A stretch of 64,000 bases of DNA, from NCBI GenBank assembly GCA_965116025.1, contig OZ220480.1, positions 1,568,001 to 1,632,000 of the forward strand, read 5' to 3'. Shown here one piece after another: positions 60,072 to 64,000 of the stretch. The notes beneath the pieces are model-generated. The model was not told the origin of the DNA. It was given only the letters and a program-made list of their open reading frames with translations, and ran no database searches. Each line of letters begins with the position of its first letter. Position 1 is the first letter of the stretch. This DNA is from an uncultured candidatus Porisulfidus sp. (GTDB lineage: Bacteria > Pseudomonadota > Gammaproteobacteria > Poriferisulfidales > Poriferisulfidaceae). A program made the position numbers and the translations under genes.

Positions 60072-61243
60072 ATCACGACCTGCTCGGAGTTGATTTCATG
60101 CCACGGCAGAACAGTGATGTCGGAGCGATATTGTCGGGTGTCACCACCATAAACCAGCCATGCTTCTCCAGCGGCTTCGCCTGCTAATTTTCGCCAGAAG
60201 TCCAGCCCCTTAAAGTAATCCTTGTTGATGGTTTGCCCGGATTTGATTTCCAGTGGTGACAGTTGGATTCCATGGTCAATCAGCAGATCCACCTCGTGTC
60301 CTGAACGATCATGCCAGAAGTAAAGGTTCGAGGTTTCGCCCGCGTTATAACGAGCCTTGAGCAATTCACTGATGACCCAGGATTCGAACAAGGCGCCCCG
60401 TTGCGCATGGGTAGCCAATTGCTCGCTATTTTGGATGCCGAGCAGCCAGGCGGCAAGACCTGTATCCAGGAAATAGAGTTTGGGCGTTTTGACCAAGCGC
60501 TTGTTGAAGTTCTGGTGATGCGGCGGTAACAGATGCGCGATGTAACTGGCTTCTAGTACGGATACCCAGGACTTGACGGTGTTATGCGTAATGCCGCAGT
60601 CATTGGCCAGCGAGGAAAGATTGAGGAGTTGTCCGGTCCGGCCTGCGCACAATTTCAGGAAGCGTTGAAACGTGCCCAGATCCTGTACCCTGATCAATTG
60701 CCGGACATCGCGTTCAAGATAAGTACGCACATAGTTTCCATGCCACGGGTGTGGTTCGAGTCCTCGGTCGAAGATGGGAGGGTACGCCCCATCAAAGAGT
60801 ATCTTGTCAAGATTTTTGCCAATTTTTCCTGAGTGCTGTAATTCGCCGTAGGTCATTGGTAGCAGCGTCAACAACGCGGCCCGGCCTGCCAGACTCTGCG
60901 TGATGCCTGATAACAGGCCAAACTGCTGGGATCCCGTCAGGATAAATTCGCCGGGTTGTTGCCGCTCATCGACGCGTGTCTGAAGATAAGAAAACAGGGC
61001 AGGGCAGCGTTGCGCCTCGTCCAGGATGGCGCCCCCGCTGAATTGATTCAAAAAACCATGTGGATCCGTTTCAGCGAATTCCCTTTGGTCAAGATCTTCA
61101 AGCGATACATAATGGTGACCGGGAAAGGCATGCCTCACCAGAGTGGACTTGCCGGACTGGCGAGGCCCGGTGACCACAACCACTGGATAGCCACTAGCGA
61201 AGTGTTGAAGCCTGGATTCCGCGTTCCGGGGGATGTAGGTCAC
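60068..61243 (-). CDS. AAA_14 ATPase with C-terminal DUF4143 (winged-helix plus PD-(D/E)xK-like) domain
   Basis: TGPRQSGKST, LDEAQR, LTGSQ, YLERDV, KTPKLYFLDTGL, EVDLL..LEIKSG. Confidence 0.92.
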   Translation of the reverse strand: MTYIPRNAESRLQHFASGYPVVVVTGPRQSGKSTLVRHAFPGHHYVSLEDLDQREFAETDPHGFLNQFSGGAILDEAQRCPALFSYLQTRVDERQQPGEFILTGSQQFGLLSGITQSLAGRAALLTLLPMTYGELQHSGKIGKNLDKILFDGAYPPIFDRGLEPHPWHGNYVRTYLERDVRQLIRVQDLGTFQRFLKLCAGRTGQLLNLSSLANDCGITHNTVKSWVSVLEASYIAHLLPPHHQNFNKRLVKTPKLYFLDTGLAAWLLGIQNSEQLATHAQRGALFESWVISELLKARYNAGETSNLYFWHDRSGHEVDLLIDHGIQLSPLEIKSGQTINKDYFKGLDFWRKLAGEAAGEAWLVYGGDTRQYRSDITVLPWHEINSEQVVI

Positions 61244-61285
61244 GGTGGTTTCTGGCCGCCTTACTTGCCTGCATTATGAGAAGAA

Positions 61286-61320
61286 CAAGCTAATTGTCAA
61301 TAACATTGACAATTAGCTTG
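61286..61320. promoter_or_regulatory. Perfect 16-bp inverted repeat covering the -35 box of the ATPase operon promoter
   Basis: CAAGCTAATTGTCAAT-AAC-ATTGACAATTAGCTTG; on the minus strand TTGACA (61300-61295) lies 16 bp from CATAAT (61278-61273). Confidence 0.8.
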
Positions 61321-61343
61321 GATAGACGCGCGCCGGCAAGATC

Positions 61344-62164
61344 GTGCTGGATAGATGCCTCACGCGGGCGGTGCTGGTTCGGGAGGCGCGGAAGCGCGGC
61401 GTGGCTCTGCGGCAGAGCTACAAGCGGGTCGGGAAAAAGACGCTGATCCTGTGCGGGCGTTACGGATACGCGCGCCAGATGAAGCGCGCGGCGCGCCAGA
61501 CGCGCGCCTTGAAAACGATGCTTGGGCGGGTGGTGCGGGACATTCGGCGGAAGGTTCCGAGCCCGGACGCGGCGCCGGAGACGTTGCTGGAGCGATCCGA
61601 GCGCCTGCTGAAACATAAAGTGCGAGGACAATGGCAAGCCGCGTCGGCGCTACGAGTTCGGCCGCGAGGTCTCGTTCGCGACGACCTCGAAGGGGAACTG
61701 GCTGGCACCGGCGATGAGCCTGGCGGGGAACCCATACGACGGGCGCACGCTGGCCGCCGCGCTGGAGCGAATCGAGTGGCTGGCGAGTCAACGCCCGAAG
61801 CGGGTCTACTGCGATCAGGGGTATCGGGGGCACGGGGTGTCGGGAGAGACGCGGGTGCATGTGGTGGGGAAGATCCCGAAGATGGCGACGCGGACGGCGC
61901 GGAAGTGGATAAAGCGGCGGGCGGCGATCAAGCCGACCATCGGCCATCTGAAATCGGATCACCGGCTGCATCGAAATCGGCTGAAAGGCCGCTCCGGCGA
62001 CCGCGCCAACGCGGTTCTGGCGGCGGCCGGGCACGACTTCGCCAAGCTTTCCCGGGCTTGGAGAAAGTTCCGGGAATTTCTCCTCCGAGGCCGGACGCTC
62101 GGCCTTTCGAGGCGATTTTCTCTCCGTCCCGCATGACCGGGAACGGATACTTCAGCAACGACTA
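61344..62164 (+). mobile_element. IS5-family transposase remnant (5'-truncated, frameshifted)
   Basis: LRQSYKRVGK, LGRVVRDIRRK, GNPYDGRTL, YCDQGYRG, RRAAIKPTIGHLKSDHRL.RN.LKG..GDRANAVL; candidate right end TTCAGCAACGACTA. Confidence 0.85.
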
Positions 62165-62174
62165 TTCTATTGAG

Positions 62175-62255
62175 ATGGTGAACGAGAAACCCAACCCGTT
62201 CCGGTGGCGCAAATCGACCGATGACATCCTCGTCAGCATCTGGCGTTTCTGCCTG
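62175..62255 (+). mobile_element. C-terminal scrap of an IS630-family transposase
   Basis: NEKPNPFRWRKSTDDILVSIWRFC matches the typical PKPFxWTKSADDILAS end. Confidence 0.65.
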
Positions 62256-62424
62256 GTGACAGTCAGCCCCGTCCCGGCTTGCTCGATAACCCGCGATAGT
62301 GGCGCGTCTGGGCGTGCGGGCAAGCTCGCCGTCTGCGCCAACTTCGCGAGCCAGCGCGGCTAGTTCGTCCGGGCATGCAGTTGCTCACGGGCATTGCACG
62401 TCGGCGCAACTCGCCTTACATTGG

Positions 62425-62724
62425 TCATGCTGTCCCGGCCTTTTGCTCGACTTTTTTCCGAGGCGGCGGGAATATCTCGCCATCGGGCGGGCCGGTCATT
62501 AACCATTTCTCGAGATTACGGACTTCCCTTAGCGGAAGCTCTTTTCTAACGGGATGGGTCGTCGTTACCCACTTCCCACCAACTAGCACCTGGATTACCC
62601 AGCCCGGTCCGCACGGTATCACTCGCGCCGCCTGCACCCAGTCGGCCACGATAAAGCCGCCGCTAGCGGTACGCACTATCGCCGTCATGTCGTTGCCCCT
62701 CCTAGGGTCGTCGCTCACGGGCAT
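62425..62724 (-). CDS. Orphan hypothetical protein
   Basis: About 99 aa with beta-rich composition; GGAG RBS-like sequence upstream; no family recognised. Confidence 0.4.
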   Translation of the reverse strand: MPVSDDPRRGNDMTAIVRTASGGFIVADWVQAARVIPCGPGWVIQVLVGGKWVTTTHPVRKELPLREVRNLEKWLMTGPPDGEIFPPPRKKVEQKAGTA

Positions 62725-62803
62725 TATAAGTCCCGCTCCCCGTCCCGTCCCCAATCAAACCAACCGCTATGCTAATCAAATACAGGGGACATTAAACAGT
62801 GTC

Positions 62804-63012
62804 TTAGGCTACCTTTCGAGCTTTGACTTCCAGGTGTATGTTCTCCTGTTCCTGCAAGCAATGGATCACCGCGCGAACAGGTTGCTCGCTTGGGGATTTT
62901 CTTTTGGCCCGAACATGCGCATGAGATTCTTGCTCGACTTGTCGGAAACCCGAGAAAGTTCCTCAAATCCGATCATCGCGTTGATATAGTCACGCAGCAC
63001 CGCTTTGTCGGT
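62804..63012 (-). pseudogene. Inverted 5'-truncated homologue of the 57218-57544 antitoxin, with a 2-bp insertion
   Basis: Manual alignment to 57338-57544 gives about 28 mismatches in 207 nt plus an extra CG. Confidence 0.9.
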
Positions 63013-63088
63013 TCACAGTCGAGTAGGAGTAATTTCTCGTCTAGCGCCTGTTTACGGGTGCCGGAAGCCGGAAGCGAACGCTTCACGC

Positions 63089-63568
63089 TCATTCACGCCA
63101 GCGCGAGAACACGTAGTCGTGGTCTTTCTGCGAGGCGTGACAACCAAAGCAGGCTTGCCCACCATCCTGGACCAAGCGCTCGGTACGGCTGTCGCCTTTG
63201 AACCCCTCGAAGCCCCAGCCGCCGGTTTCCGGGTAGCGCTCGCTATCCTTGACCATGATGCCCACGAGGATGCGGTCGCCTTCTGTTGAGGCGGCATCTC
63301 GCGTTTGGTATTCCAGCAGGTCGAAGATCAGGACGCTGCCATCTTGGAACTTTCCGGTTTTCGTGCCGGCCACGGCCGGGTCATTGCCATAGATATGGTG
63401 AAGACCCTTGAATGGATTCTCCAAAGGGTGACCGGAATGCAGCACCATGGATTTGATATGCGTCCAGTATCGATAGCCATCGGGATAGTCGACTCGATCA
63501 TCGGCCTGAATCGCGCAGGGGATGGCCAGCGAGCTCGCCAGCATCGTCAGGTGCAGAAAATGTTTCAT
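63089..63568 (-). CDS. Cytochrome P460-family protein, probably cytochrome c'-beta type
   Basis: Signal peptide, YPDGYRYW, HHIYGN, DGSVLIFDL, MVKDS..TGGWGF, C-terminal CFGCH heme motif. Confidence 0.85.
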   Translation of the reverse strand: MKHFLHLTMLASSLAIPCAIQADDRVDYPDGYRYWTHIKSMVLHSGHPLENPFKGLHHIYGNDPAVAGTKTGKFQDGSVLIFDLLEYQTRDAASTEGDRILVGIMVKDSERYPETGGWGFEGFKGDSRTERLVQDGGQACFGCHASQKDHDYVFSRWRE

Positions 63569-63590
63569 AGAGGACCTCCGCGATCAATGG

Positions 63591-63872
63591 TTACGGGTTC
63601 TCGGAAGGGCAACCTTCCATCGGAAGAATGAAATAGCCTTGCGTCTCCAGTCGCGCGCTCGCTTCCGGGCTCGCCGCTTCCGAATGGCAATAGCGGCATT
63701 GTTCCAGTCGCGCCAGATCAGAATCCATTCCGTGGTCGCGCAACCAAGCGCGGGCCGCGTCAGCGGCCTTCTCGTCACGCTGGGCACCGAGACCCGTGGG
63801 CAGAAACACGTCGAAATGCATCCGGCGGCCATCCTCGGTGAGGACGTAAGTGTCATAAACATCGACGTTCAT
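63591..63872 (-). CDS. DUF2024-family protein
   Basis: VYDTYV..GRRMHFDV, CRYCHSE, GYFILPMEGC. Confidence 0.85.
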   Translation of the reverse strand: MNVDVYDTYVLTEDGRRMHFDVFLPTGLGAQRDEKAADAARAWLRDHGMDSDLARLEQCRYCHSEAASPEASARLETQGYFILPMEGCPSENP

Positions 63873-64000
63873 GGCCAACCGAATCTCGAATTCAAAGCAT
63901 CGACGAGAGCAAAATAGCCGTTCTCATGCCGTTTGTCAAGAGGCTGAGGCTGAGAGATAACCGCTTTCCAAGCGAGTCGCGCCAACACGTTAAATTTGGT

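Noticed and set aside
63089-63568. Hydroxylamine-oxidising cytochrome P460 implying ammonia oxidation
   Set aside because: The crosslinking Lys appears replaced by Phe and no amo or hao genes are in the window
56360-64000. Intact integrative element or prophage at guaA
   Set aside because: No integrase, phage structural gene or second copy of the guaA 3' end was found in the window
1-64000. tRNA, rRNA or known riboswitch genes
   Set aside because: No cloverleaf, T-loop context or recognisable consensus found by eye; an Infernal or tRNAscan run is needed to exclude them formally

Overview
High-GC bacterial chromosome segment, most consistent with a Gammaproteobacterium (dcw-lpxC-dciA-secA-argJ-mutT/thiE order, hemC-D-X-Y opposite argH, lptM-lysA, cmoAB, ampD, guaBA). 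A PPi-type phosphofructokinase, an autotransporter and RTX proteins loosely suggest a host-associated or chemosynthetic lineage; that is inference only. Five accessory blocks interrupt the housekeeping backbone. (1) 18.2-25.4 kb: a 1167-aa autotransporter with an in-frame G17 tract in its signal peptide, an IS1634 relic and a frameshifted AlbA_2/Schlafen-type gene. (2) 34-36 kb: two tandem proteins made almost entirely of RTX repeats. (3) 44-45.8 kb: a frameshifted PD-(D/E)xK nuclease paired with a phage-Dam-type methyltransferase. (4) 49.5-53.2 kb: a second R-M pair divergent from an AAA-ATPase/RloB (AbiL-like) pair. (5) 56.4-63 kb: a decayed island after guaA holding TatD/QatD-like and DUF2188 fragments, a TA pair whose toxin has an internal deletion, an intact uncharacterised three-gene ATPase operon under a perfect 16-bp palindrome, IS5 and IS630 relics, and an inverted second antitoxin fragment. 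No tRNA, rRNA, CRISPR array, integrase or reverse transcriptase was recognised. Family assignments come from motif recognition by eye, not database searches.
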